Positions 28,369-37,955 of a stretch of DNA of 64,000 nt are shown here, piece after piece. Numbering within the stretch: the stretch's first letter is position 1; each line of letters begins with the position of its first letter. The notes below the pieces were generated by a model that saw nothing but the letters and a program-made list of their open reading frames with translations, did not search any database and had not been told where the DNA came from. Source of the stretch: Candidatus Latescibacterota bacterium (GTDB lineage Bacteria > Latescibacterota > UBA2968); contig OZ242311.1 in the NCBI GenBank assembly GCA_965207885.1, forward strand, positions 5,152,001 to 5,216,000, in the 5' to 3' direction. A program made the translations under genes and the position numbers.

Positions 28369-29891
28369 CGCGCACGCACTACACCACAACGTCAGCGAAA
28401 TTCACCGCCCTGTGTATTCTATTTTCCTTTTTGTTCAGCACCTCAACCCAGGCACAAGAGATTGTCGTGGGATCAAAGAAGTTTACCGAGTCGGTCATTT
28501 TGGGTGAAGTACTATCTCATATCGGCCGCAGTGTAAACGCACCGGTTACACATCGGCGCGAGTTGGGGGGAACGCGGGTATTGTGGAATGCATTGATTGC
28601 GGGCGATATTGATCTTTATCCAGATTACACAGGTACCCTGAGTCGGGAAATTTTGGCAGAAGAAAATTTGCGTGATGAAGCGGATATTCGCGCTCGGTTG
28701 GCAGAGATGGGCCTTGTGATGAGTCGGCCTCTGGGATTCAACAATACATACGTACTGGGCATGGTGGAAACAAGAGCTGAAGCGCTGGGGATTCGGACGA
28801 TTTCGGATTTAAAGAAGTACCCAGACTTGAAGTTGGGATTTGGCAATGAGTTTATGGACAGAGGAGATGGGTGGCCGAGTTTGCGGAACCGATATGTACT
28901 CCCACATCAGAATGTGAGCGGATTGGATCACGATTTGGCCTACCGCGGGTTGGAGAGCGGTACAATTGACGTAATGGATATGTATTCGACAGATGCCGAG
29001 ATTCAGTATTACGGGTTGCGGTCGCTGGTGGATGACTTGCAGCATTTCCCCATTTACAATGCCGTCATTGTCTATCGGGTAGATTTGATAGATCGAGCAC
29101 CTCAAGTGGTGAGGGAAATTTTAAAATTAGAGGGGCTGATTTCGGAAAAAAAAATGATGGTCATGAATGCACAGGTCAAATTGGAAAAAAAGTCAGAAGC
29201 CCAGGTTGCGGCTGATTTTTTAGCTCAGAACCTCAATGTACAGGTCAAAATAAAAAAAGAAACTGCTGGCGCTCGATTCTGGCGGCACACATGGGATCAT
29301 TTGACCCTGGTGGGAATTTCTCTTTTCGGGGCGATTGTGGTGTCAATTCCCCTGGGAATTGTGGCATTCCGATGGACAAGAGGTGGACAACTTATCTTGG
29401 GATTAGTGGGCATTATCCAGACCATTCCATCCCTGGCACTGCTGGTATTTATGATTCCGTTATTGGGTATTGGCGGAGCACCTGCGATTGTGGCGCTGTT
29501 TTTGTACAGTTTGCTACCCATAGTGCGAAACACATACGCGGGACTGCACGATATTCCAGTGGGGATACGAGAATCAGCAACAGCATTGGGTTTATCCGAC
29601 TGGGCACAACTTCGATTGGTGACATTACCGATAGCCTCGCGGTCGATTCTGGCGGGCATCAAAACATCGGCTGTGATCAATGTGGGCACGGCAACATTGG
29701 GGGCGTTAATCGGCGCTGGAGGATATGGACAACCCATTTTAACGGGGATTCGGTTAGATGATATCGGTTTGATTTTGCAAGGAGCTATACCTGCGGCATT
29801 GCTGGCGCTCATTGTACAGGGGCTATTTGAATTATTTGAGCGCGTATTTGTATCCCGCGGCCTGCGATTAAAAGGCGAGATAAACGCTTAG
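28365..29891 (+). CDS. Glycine betaine/choline ABC substrate-binding + permease fusion
   Basis: VGSKKFTES, YPDYTGT, FNNTY; C-terminal QTIPSLALL...LLPIVRNT...GAGGYG. Confidence 0.9.
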   Translation: MTRTHYTTTSAKFTALCILFSFLFSTSTQAQEIVVGSKKFTESVILGEVLSHIGRSVNAPVTHRRELGGTRVLWNALIAGDIDLYPDYTGTLSREILAEENLRDEADIRARLAEMGLVMSRPLGFNNTYVLGMVETRAEALGIRTISDLKKYPDLKLGFGNEFMDRGDGWPSLRNRYVLPHQNVSGLDHDLAYRGLESGTIDVMDMYSTDAEIQYYGLRSLVDDLQHFPIYNAVIVYRVDLIDRAPQVVREILKLEGLISEKKMMVMNAQVKLEKKSEAQVAADFLAQNLNVQVKIKKETAGARFWRHTWDHLTLVGISLFGAIVVSIPLGIVAFRWTRGGQLILGLVGIIQTIPSLALLVFMIPLLGIGGAPAIVALFLYSLLPIVRNTYAGLHDIPVGIRESATALGLSDWAQLRLVTLPIASRSILAGIKTSAVINVGTATLGALIGAGGYGQPILTGIRLDDIGLILQGAIPAALLALIVQGLFELFERVFVSRGLRLKGEINA

Positions 29892-29921
29892 AATTGCTAT
29901 TTTTGAGAGGCGAGTAGAAAC

Positions 29922-30617
29922 ATGAAAAAGGTTTTGATATTTGGCTATTTGTTTTGTTCTTTTTCATTAGCGATTGCCCACGGAGGCGGGCAAGATTCAC
30001 AGGGCGGTCACTTTGACACATCGGATAACACCTACCATTGCCATGCACCTTCTGGATGCGTTGACCTTGACGACGTGTATTTTACAGTAACCGACATAAA
30101 AGACGGCGATACAATAGACGTTACGCATTTAGAATACACAGTGACCGTGCGCTTGTTAGGCGTAGATACGCCAGAGACAAATCACCCATTCGAACCCGTT
30201 GGTTTTTACGGCCCCGAAGCGAAAGAATACACACGACAAAGACTGTACGAAAAAAAAGTGAAATTGTCTTTTGACCACCAGCAAAAAGACGCTTTCGACA
30301 GGTTGCTCGTTTATGTGTATTTGGAAGGCGTCTTGTTTAACCTTGAATTGGTAAGGCAGGGATATGGCGTAGCAGACGTTGAACACGAATACGAAAAGCG
30401 AAATGAGTTTGTATCAGCGCAAGAGGAAGCAAAGGCCCAAAACAAGGGCGTGTGGAGTGACCCGAACCGCACAGCTCCTATTTTTACCGCGATACAAGAC
30501 TCTCTTTTCAGGGCGAGACATGGCGATTTAGATTTTGACGGAACAATAAGTATTAGCGATTTTCTTTTGTTTGTCGCAGAATTTGGAAAGACGCTTATCG
30601 ATGGTATCTACCAATAA
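29922..30617 (+). CDS. Secreted thermonuclease (SNase) with N-terminal YHYH-type peptide and C-terminal dockerin/EF-hand-like tail
   Basis: Signal peptide; HGGGQD..GGH......YHCH; DGDT...RLLGVDTPE...DAFDRLLVYV; GDLDFDGTISISDFLLFVAEFGK. Confidence 0.8.
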   Translation: MKKVLIFGYLFCSFSLAIAHGGGQDSQGGHFDTSDNTYHCHAPSGCVDLDDVYFTVTDIKDGDTIDVTHLEYTVTVRLLGVDTPETNHPFEPVGFYGPEAKEYTRQRLYEKKVKLSFDHQQKDAFDRLLVYVYLEGVLFNLELVRQGYGVADVEHEYEKRNEFVSAQEEAKAQNKGVWSDPNRTAPIFTAIQDSLFRARHGDLDFDGTISISDFLLFVAEFGKTLIDGIYQ

Positions 30618-30659
30618 GAAACAGATAAACCCAATTCGCCTCCAGTTCCAGAACCTCCC

Positions 30660-31709
30660 TCAACTCGTCACAAGATTTTGCCGATAATCCCCGTGTGAAA
30701 TCAACTCTGGCGCATACGCGAACAGCGCTGGATTCCCACCCGTATGCACGTACACCACTGTAGAACCCTCTGGAATCTCTCCCGTCTGAATGCGGTCAAT
30801 CACCCCTGACATCGCCTTACTCGTATATACCGGATCGAGCAAAATCCCTTCCGTCCGCGCCAACAAATGCAATGCATTTAATCCCGCCTCCGTCACAATC
30901 CCGTAATTCTCACCCACATACGCATCCGTATTTTCCAACTCCTCTGCCCGCAATCGAACATCCAGTTCTAAAAGCTCTGCCGCCTCGTTGCCCACCTCCG
31001 CCAGCCTCGCCCTCCGCTGTGCCTCATCCCCCTTGCTCGGCGAAAACCCCTGCGTCCTGATCGGCAACCCCAGCGCCTTCACCCCCAAAGCCAGCCCCGC
31101 ATGTGTCCCGTGCCCGGACGCAGTACAAATAAAATCCGCCCGTGCATCCATTGCTTCAAGCTGTGCCACAATCTCCAGCACACAGCACACATAAGCCACC
31201 GTACCCAGCACCACCGCACGCTGCCCGATCAGATAGGGCTTCTCTCCCTGCGCCGTCAGTTCCTCCACAACCCGCTCCTTCACCTCATTCTGATTCACGC
31301 CATCCACCACCAGCCGCACATCCGCCCCCAGAATATTATCCAGCAACTGATTGCCCTGAATACCCATCTGGCTGCGGTGATCGTGTCGGTTCACCAGCAC
31401 ACACTTCATCCCCAGCCTGGCAGCCGCTGCCGCCGCCTGCCGCGCGTGATTTGACTGTGACGCCGCGCCCGTTATCAACGCCGTAGCCCCTTGCGCCACC
31501 GCATCTCCCAGCGCCAGATCAAACTTTCGCGTCTTATTCCCGCCAAAAGCCAGCCCCGTCAAATCATCCCGCTTTACCATCACCCGCACCTTCCCGCCCA
31601 GCGCCTCTGAAAACCGCGGACAATCGTCCAACCGCGTCGGCAAATCCGCCAGTTCCGTACGCGGAAACCGATCAATAGCAGCCTGTAAATCCTCACGTGT
31701 AACAGCCAT
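30660..31709 (-). CDS. D-cysteine desulfhydrase / ACC deaminase family PLP enzyme
   Basis: KRDDLTGLAFGGNKTRK, QSNHAR, EGILLDPVYTSK, HTGG; RBS GGAGGG before MAVTR at 31709. Confidence 0.9.
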   Translation of the reverse strand: MAVTREDLQAAIDRFPRTELADLPTRLDDCPRFSEALGGKVRVMVKRDDLTGLAFGGNKTRKFDLALGDAVAQGATALITGAASQSNHARQAAAAAARLGMKCVLVNRHDHRSQMGIQGNQLLDNILGADVRLVVDGVNQNEVKERVVEELTAQGEKPYLIGQRAVVLGTVAYVCCVLEIVAQLEAMDARADFICTASGHGTHAGLALGVKALGLPIRTQGFSPSKGDEAQRRARLAEVGNEAAELLELDVRLRAEELENTDAYVGENYGIVTEAGLNALHLLARTEGILLDPVYTSKAMSGVIDRIQTGEIPEGSTVVYVHTGGNPALFAYAPELISHGDYRQNLVTS

Positions 31710-32763
31710 GAGTCCCTCCAGAATTAGAATATGTGTGCAAAACAGCTCCCAGGACCCAACCATCCTCGCACGCACTACCGTTCCACCTCCTTTGACAGCA
31801 ACCCCGCTCGCAGCGGACCATACATCCCGTATTCCCACTGAACCTCGGCATCCCTCACCACTCGCTCCGCCTGTTCCCGTCGAACTGGCGCCGTCCCCAG
31901 AAGTTTCCCATCCTGCCTGATACTGATCTCCGCCTCGCCAACTGTGAACAACAGCGTCGTCGGTCCGTCGCGCCACACAACCGGCACAGAAACATGACCC
32001 GGCTTTTTCAACCGATGCACCACGCGGTACTCATCCCACACCTCGTCATCGTGCAAAAACGCAAGCCGCATATCTCGCTCGGGGCAACCCTTAGCACTCA
32101 CAGAAAGATAGAGCGCGTCCCCCATCGGAGATAGTCCCGTAACGCGCTGCCCCCACTCATTGATCACGATATCGCCATCGTATTCTTCATTATACGCCAC
32201 AACCCGATCTTCCCACGGATGATTCATCTCATTCGTAATTGGTGGACGCCGGAACATCCGCTTCACAAACTGCCAGTGATCCCTGTGTGCATCGTACCGC
32301 CACAACTCGGACCACGGCCAAACGCCCACATAGAGATCCCCACCGTAAAACCCTGTTGTTTGCGCCTCTCGCGCCCTATCCGACACACCCGGCATCACAG
32401 GCGGCCAATCCTTCAGATGGCGAACCTCCTCCCCATCGTAAATAAACAAATTACCCGTTGGATACTGCGCCATCAACAGCTTATCATACCAATTCAACAT
32501 CGAATAAAGCTGAAAACTCACCCCCTCCAATGATGCGCGCAACACCTTCCACCTCGACCCGTCAAACGCATATATCCCGCCCATATTGGACGAATTTACA
32601 ATCTCATTCCCAAGCTGCCCAATGGCAAACGGCGTCTCCCGATCATACTTCAGATCGAGCACCACCGCTTTCTCCAGATCAACCGCCCCATCTCCCGGCA
32701 CATAGGGCACTGCGTACAATCTCGTGTACGGCTGTTCCACCTCCTCATTCTTATAGAAAAACG

Positions 32764-33960
32764 TAAAGTACACGACAAAAAATAAAAGACCTGTGCAAAA
32801 CGTGAAAAAGAGTTAGGTTTGAATGTGTGAAAACGAACCTTCTCATCTCAACAAGGCACAGGTCTATGTCTCGTCAAGTTATACAACTTCACCATGTATT
32901 GCAAGGCCATTTTGGGTGGCATAAAGCACGCATCACTTTCACAGCGGCCTTCATCTTGTCTTTGGTCAAGCTGAGCAGGGTCAACTTCGCCAAATTGGCT
33001 AATGCGCTAAATGGACAGGTCAAACCGCAATCAAATTACCGCAGGATACAGCGTTTTTTCGCTGAGTTTGACATTCCTTATGAAGCCGTGACGCGACTGA
33101 TCTTGCACTTATTACCTATAAAGACCGATTTTGCAGTCTCAATAGATCGCACTAATTGGAAGTTAGGCAAATTCAATATCAACATCCTAACCGCAGGCAT
33201 TATCTATGAAGGGGTCGCCTTTCCTATGTGTTGGCACTTGTTAAAAAAACGAGGCAATTCCAATAGTGATGAGCGTATCAATTTGATGAAACAGGTGCTT
33301 ACGCGCATTCCCAAGTCTCATATCCGCGTTGTATTGGCAGATAGAGAATTCATTGGAAGAGAATGGTTTGCGTGGTTAGACACACAAAACATCCCTTTTG
33401 TCATCCGCATCAAGGAAAATGCCCTTGTCTCAAGGGCAGATAGAGAGATACCCATAAAAAAACTCTTTGAAAATTTGCACATCCATCAGCAGGTCAGCCT
33501 ACAAAGACCTCGCCGCGTTTATGACCTACCTGTGTATGTGTCTGCGCTAAGATTGAAGGATCAATACCTCATTCTTGCAAGCAACCAACAACGTCAAGTC
33601 GCATTGGAGGTGTATAAAAAACGTTGGGGCATTGAAGTCCTTTTTGCAAATTTGAAAAGTCGAGGATTTAATCTGGAAGAGACCCACCTTATACATCAAG
33701 ATCGCATTGAAAAACTCATCGCGCTTTTGGCTATTGCCTGCACCTGGGCCCATATCATCGGCGAATGGATCGCCCTTACAAAACCTTTGAAGGTCAAAAA
33801 CCACGGACGGATGGAAAAAAGTCTCTTCCGATATGGGTTGGACTATTTGCAGTATGTCCTGCTCAATATACACCAACAAGCCCAGCAGTTCCTCAAATGC
33901 ATTCGTTTACTGATTAATCCGCCAGATTTTAACCCGATTTAGGTTTTGTCGTGTACTATG
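32764..33960 (+). mobile_element. IS4-family insertion sequence (IS10 group, ISAba1-like ends), about 1.2 kb
   Basis: Perfect 14-bp IRs AGTACACGACAAAA (32767-32780) and TTTTGTCGTGTACT (33944-33957). Direct repeat AGAAAAACG(T) at 32755 and 33961. AT-richer than flanks. Confidence 0.93.
32866..33942 (+). CDS. IS4-family DDE transposase, intact
   Basis: IDRTNWK (D), LADREFIG (D), YKKRWGIEVLFANLK (YREK motif with E). Confidence 0.93.
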   Translation: MSRQVIQLHHVLQGHFGWHKARITFTAAFILSLVKLSRVNFAKLANALNGQVKPQSNYRRIQRFFAEFDIPYEAVTRLILHLLPIKTDFAVSIDRTNWKLGKFNINILTAGIIYEGVAFPMCWHLLKKRGNSNSDERINLMKQVLTRIPKSHIRVVLADREFIGREWFAWLDTQNIPFVIRIKENALVSRADREIPIKKLFENLHIHQQVSLQRPRRVYDLPVYVSALRLKDQYLILASNQQRQVALEVYKKRWGIEVLFANLKSRGFNLEETHLIHQDRIEKLIALLAIACTWAHIIGEWIALTKPLKVKNHGRMEKSLFRYGLDYLQYVLLNIHQQAQQFLKCIRLLINPPDFNPI

Positions 33961-34530
33961 AGAAAAACGTCAAATACCCCAGCGCATAATAAAAATGATG
34001 GTAATATCCAGACACCGGTTTGGCGAGAACCCGCTCCCCATCATACCACGCCTCACCCCTCTTAAACTGAAGCACCTTCCCCCCAACCCGCATCTTGCCC
34101 TCCCCGCTCACCGTCTCACCCACGCCAAAACTCTCATCCACCTGCCAGGCACCTGCTACATCGTCCCACGCTCTCGCAGTCCGGTCCTGATGGTAGCTAC
34201 ACGCGTACACCCGACCATCCAGATCGAACAAATAACTCCCCCCATCCTCCGTCGAGGCTGGCAATGTCTCAAATTTCATCTCTGCTTCATCATCCCGCAC
34301 AAAAAACTGCAACGTATATCGATCCATGCGAAACGCCGTATTATACACACCTGTAAACCCCGCACCCAAAACCACGCGACCCTCTGCATCTCGCGCCTCA
34401 AACAGCGTACCCCAGTTCTGCCCCACATCTTTGCCAAAATCAATCGTCGTCGCAATCTGCATCAATATTCTCTCCTCAGCCTGCCCACACAGGGGCCACA
34501 GCAACAATACTATTAAAAACCATCTCATCT

Positions 34531-35796
34531 TCACCCATCCCAAATCGGTGCATCTTGCGCCTGCAACTGGGTCCAAAGCCTGTCAAATTCCTCGCTCCCA
34601 TCGTCCTCCCACTCATCCAGACGCACGCCCGGCGCAAACGACTCATCCACCCCCTGTTTCATCAGCCGCTCTGCCTGTTGCAAATTTTTATAAAAATGTT
34701 TGATACCACCCGGCAGCGTCACCACCGAAACATGTCGGGGCCATTCCACAGCAGGAGTCTCCAGGTACTTCGCCACGGCATCCTCATCCAACGCCACACC
34801 CAGACCAGGTCCCTCTGGAACCTTCATAAACCCGCGCTGCACCGAATGTGCATCCACAATCAAATCGTCCTCATAAGAATGGCTCGCCGTCACCCCCGGC
34901 AGCGTCGCTGTCGGCATCACTGCGCCCAACTGAAGCGCAAACGCCGTCGTAATTCCCGTTCCCACATACTGCAACAAAATCGGCGTATTCGCCGCTGCAA
35001 AAGTCCAGGCCGACGCCAGTGCATCCCGCACACACTCGTGGCTGCAAAGCGCCCCATCAAAATCGCCCGCTCGAAGACCTGTCCACGGTCCCGACGGCTG
35101 CCGCGACGCCGCCTCACACAGCACCCGCACCCCGTGCAGATAGAACGGTATTCGAATCGCCTCATGTAGCCTGCGCCACCCTTCAACATCATACGCAAAA
35201 ATTGGCTCCTCAACCCCCTTCACCACCGGAATCTTTTCCAACTCCCGCAACACTGGCAACGCTTTCTCCACACAAATCAGCGCCCCGTTAAAATCGAACT
35301 CCACCCGAAGATCTACCGGCGCAACATCCTGGATCGCCTGCGCGCATGCCACCACATCGTAAAACGCCCGCGCCTTGCACTTCAACCCCCGGAATCCCCG
35401 CTCTGCCGCCACCTGCACCTCCGCCGCTGTATCCTCCACCGACATACACGGCATCCACCACCCCATAGACACCCACTGACGCACCTGCTGCCCCATCAGC
35501 TTCCACGCCGGCAATCCCAGATGCTTGCCCATCAAATCATAGCACGCCATATCCAGATTAAACCGCCCCTGCCCCATCACCTGGTCAAATGGATCCGTCC
35601 CGATATAGGCATCCAGCATCTCCTGACCGAACGGCGAACCCACATTCTCCCCCAACCCTATCAACCCCGTATCCGTATGAAACTTATACACCGTCACCTC
35701 TTCCCGCATCGCAAAATGATAATACGCCTTCCGGATACGCGCCTCATACGGGACCCGAAGCGGAATCACCTCGATCTCTGTAATCTTCATCGCCAT
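34531..35796 (-). CDS. Mandelate racemase/muconate lactonising (enolase superfamily) enzyme
   Basis: MKITEIE, TDTGLIGLGE, DMACYDLMGK.LGLP, KxK (KCK), DFN, EEP, PEGPGLGV.LDE. Second ATG (35790) is the likelier start. Confidence 0.85.
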   Translation of the reverse strand: MAMKITEIEVIPLRVPYEARIRKAYYHFAMREEVTVYKFHTDTGLIGLGENVGSPFGQEMLDAYIGTDPFDQVMGQGRFNLDMACYDLMGKHLGLPAWKLMGQQVRQWVSMGWWMPCMSVEDTAAEVQVAAERGFRGLKCKARAFYDVVACAQAIQDVAPVDLRVEFDFNGALICVEKALPVLRELEKIPVVKGVEEPIFAYDVEGWRRLHEAIRIPFYLHGVRVLCEAASRQPSGPWTGLRAGDFDGALCSHECVRDALASAWTFAAANTPILLQYVGTGITTAFALQLGAVMPTATLPGVTASHSYEDDLIVDAHSVQRGFMKVPEGPGLGVALDEDAVAKYLETPAVEWPRHVSVVTLPGGIKHFYKNLQQAERLMKQGVDESFAPGVRLDEWEDDGSEEFDRLWTQLQAQDAPIWDG

Positions 35797-35819
35797 CCTC
35801 CTTAATCAATGACGCGCAC

Positions 35820-36875
35820 TCACCAACCCTCCCGTCCCACGTACAGTTCTCGGTTCTCCATTGGCAAACTTACCCGCACGCCGCCCAATCTATGCGACTC
35901 AATAAACCCCATCACCATCTCCTGGCTCCGTCGCGCCAGATGAACCGGACCCTTTGTCTCCCGCCCTGTATCCAGCGCCTCCGCGATATCCCGAATCCCA
36001 TTCACCGTACCACTCTCGCACGGAACCTCTGGAAATGCCTGCTCCTCCAGCACATACCGCACGTCGCTTGCCTTTCGAAACTGATAGGCAAGCGCATTAT
36101 TAAACGTTCTCAACTTTCCCTCCGAACCACAAATCTCAAACTCTGAGCCACTGCCCGCCGTTGTATATCCGTGAACCCCATTGGCAAACCGAACGTACCC
36201 GCTGGCTATGCCCGGATCCACATTCAGGCGGTTGCCCTCCCAATCCTCATCCTCACACACAATGGTTCCCTGCACGTACTCAACCTCGGCATCTCCGGCT
36301 AATAACAACATCATATCCGCCCCATGGGTTAACCCCCACAACGCCGCTGTCACCCCATCCTGCACAATGACAGCCTGCACCGTACCCAATTCCCCGGCAT
36401 CCGCCAGTTCCCGCATCTTCCGATAAACCGGAATATATCGCCGCTGCGTACCGTAATTGAACTTCACGCCGTACTTCTCAACCGCTGCTACCATCGCGTC
36501 TGCCTCTGCCATCGAACAGCACAACGGCTTCTCGCAATAAATCCCCTTCACCCCATGTTCGGCTGCAAAAACCGTTATCTCTGAATGGGTCGCTGGACGA
36601 GTCGCGATACACACGATATCCGGCTTTTCTTCCTCAATCATCTCCCGATAATCCGTATAACAAACCGCAACCTCGTACCGCTGGCGAATCGCCTCTGCCT
36701 TGTCTGCTATCACATCCGAAACCGCTACGAGCTCCGTCCGCTCACACGCCACAGCCGCTGCTGCATGTGAATACGGGAGCCACAGATGACGGTCGGGACG
36801 ATCCTGCACCTCATCATCAATCGTCGCCCCCATCCTGCCGCATCCGATTAACACGGCTCTATATCGCTTCGCCAT
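35820..36875 (-). CDS. Gfo/Idh/MocA oxidoreductase
   Basis: IGCGRMG Rossmann motif; CEKP; ICGSEG. Confidence 0.9.
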   Translation of the reverse strand: MAKRYRAVLIGCGRMGATIDDEVQDRPDRHLWLPYSHAAAAVACERTELVAVSDVIADKAEAIRQRYEVAVCYTDYREMIEEEKPDIVCIATRPATHSEITVFAAEHGVKGIYCEKPLCCSMAEADAMVAAVEKYGVKFNYGTQRRYIPVYRKMRELADAGELGTVQAVIVQDGVTAALWGLTHGADMMLLLAGDAEVEYVQGTIVCEDEDWEGNRLNVDPGIASGYVRFANGVHGYTTAGSGSEFEICGSEGKLRTFNNALAYQFRKASDVRYVLEEQAFPEVPCESGTVNGIRDIAEALDTGRETKGPVHLARRSQEMVMGFIESHRLGGVRVSLPMENRELYVGREGW

Positions 36876-36897
36876 TGTCTCAATCCTCTCTTTCGGT

Positions 36898-36930
36898 TTA
36901 TAGTTCGACCTCCGTGACCTCCATCGCCAT
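36898..36930 (-). pseudogene. 10-codon relic resembling the start of the enolase-superfamily gene
   Basis: GAGG-ATG GCG ATG GAG GTC ACG GAG GTC GAA CTA TAA = MAMEVTEVEL*, versus MAMKITEIEV at 35796. Confidence 0.55.
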
Positions 36931-37009
36931 CCTCACTTGAATTTCAAAAAAATTGTCGTATATATAACAACCCATTGCCCAATCTTCGACTCTCACGAAA
37001 GGTCTCCCC

Positions 37010-37948
37010 ATGCCCCAGCGCCTCGTCTATTTCAACGGAACCTTCGTTCCCGAACGCAAAGCCCGTATCTCCATCTTCGACTCCGCCCTGATGTTTGGAG
37101 ACATGGTATTTGAAATGACCCGCTCCTTCAAGCAAAAACCCTACTGCCTTCGCAACCACCTGAAACGCCTGTACGCCTCCATGAAATACGCCGAAATCGA
37201 CTGCGGCCTCAGCATCGACCAGATGGAAGACGCCACGCACAAAACCATAAAAAAAAATCTGCCCGCCCTGGAAAATCTGGACTTTCAGATCATGCACAAC
37301 GTCACCCGGGGTGCCCTGGGTTTTTACGACACCCTCGTCACAGAAGGTGCCAGCCCCATCGTCACCATCAACGTCATCCCGCTCGTGCGCCACATTGGAG
37401 GCAGTGCCCACTATTACGAACAAGGCACTCACTTTGTCATCACGCCTCAGCAATCCGTACCCGCCCGGTACATTGACCCCAAAGCCAAAAACCGCAGCCG
37501 CATCTACTACCAGATTGCCAACCTCCAGGCTCAACGCATGGACAAAGGTGCCAACGCCCTCCTCACCGACGAACGCGGCTTTATCACCGAAGGCACTGGC
37601 ACCAATTTCTTCATCGCCCGCAATGGCGAAATCCACACACCCAACCCACACGATATCCTGCGCGGCGTCTCCCGGCAGGTCTGCATGGACCTCGCCGCAA
37701 GACTGAACATCCCCGTCTATGAGACCGACATCGAACCCTACGATGTGCGAGAAGCCGACGAAGCCTGGTACACTTCAACCACCATCTGTATGGTACCCAT
37801 CACTCGCTTTAACTTCCAACCTGTCGGCACCGGCAAACCCGGCCCCATCTATCAACAGCTTCTCGCAGCCTGGTCCGCAGAAGTCGGCGTAGATATCCCC
37901 GCCCAGGCCCGGGACTACGCCGAACGCGCCAAAACCTGGACCCCCTGA
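37010..37948 (+). CDS. Class IV PLP aminotransferase (IlvE/D-amino-acid aminotransferase family)
   Basis: FGDMVFE..R, HLKRL, DPKAK, ITEG.G.N, ILRGVSR, ADEAW.TST. Confidence 0.88.
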   Translation: MPQRLVYFNGTFVPERKARISIFDSALMFGDMVFEMTRSFKQKPYCLRNHLKRLYASMKYAEIDCGLSIDQMEDATHKTIKKNLPALENLDFQIMHNVTRGALGFYDTLVTEGASPIVTINVIPLVRHIGGSAHYYEQGTHFVITPQQSVPARYIDPKAKNRSRIYYQIANLQAQRMDKGANALLTDERGFITEGTGTNFFIARNGEIHTPNPHDILRGVSRQVCMDLAARLNIPVYETDIEPYDVREADEAWYTSTTICMVPITRFNFQPVGTGKPGPIYQQLLAAWSAEVGVDIPAQARDYAERAKTWTP

Positions 37949-37955
37949 AAAAACA

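Larger units (their letters stand above)
31775..34528 (-). pseudogene. Secreted hypothetical protein (about 515 aa) interrupted by an IS4 element
   Basis: N-part 34528-33961 (signal peptide MRWFLIVLLLWPLCGQA...ALGYLTFF) and C-part 32754-31775 (YKNEEV...) rejoin in frame once the IS and one target copy are removed. Confidence 0.85.

Noticed and set aside
31710-31976. 89-aa N-terminal extension of the D-cysteine desulfhydrase-like ORF
   Set aside because: Overlaps the upstream gene in another frame; a good RBS precedes ATG 31709.
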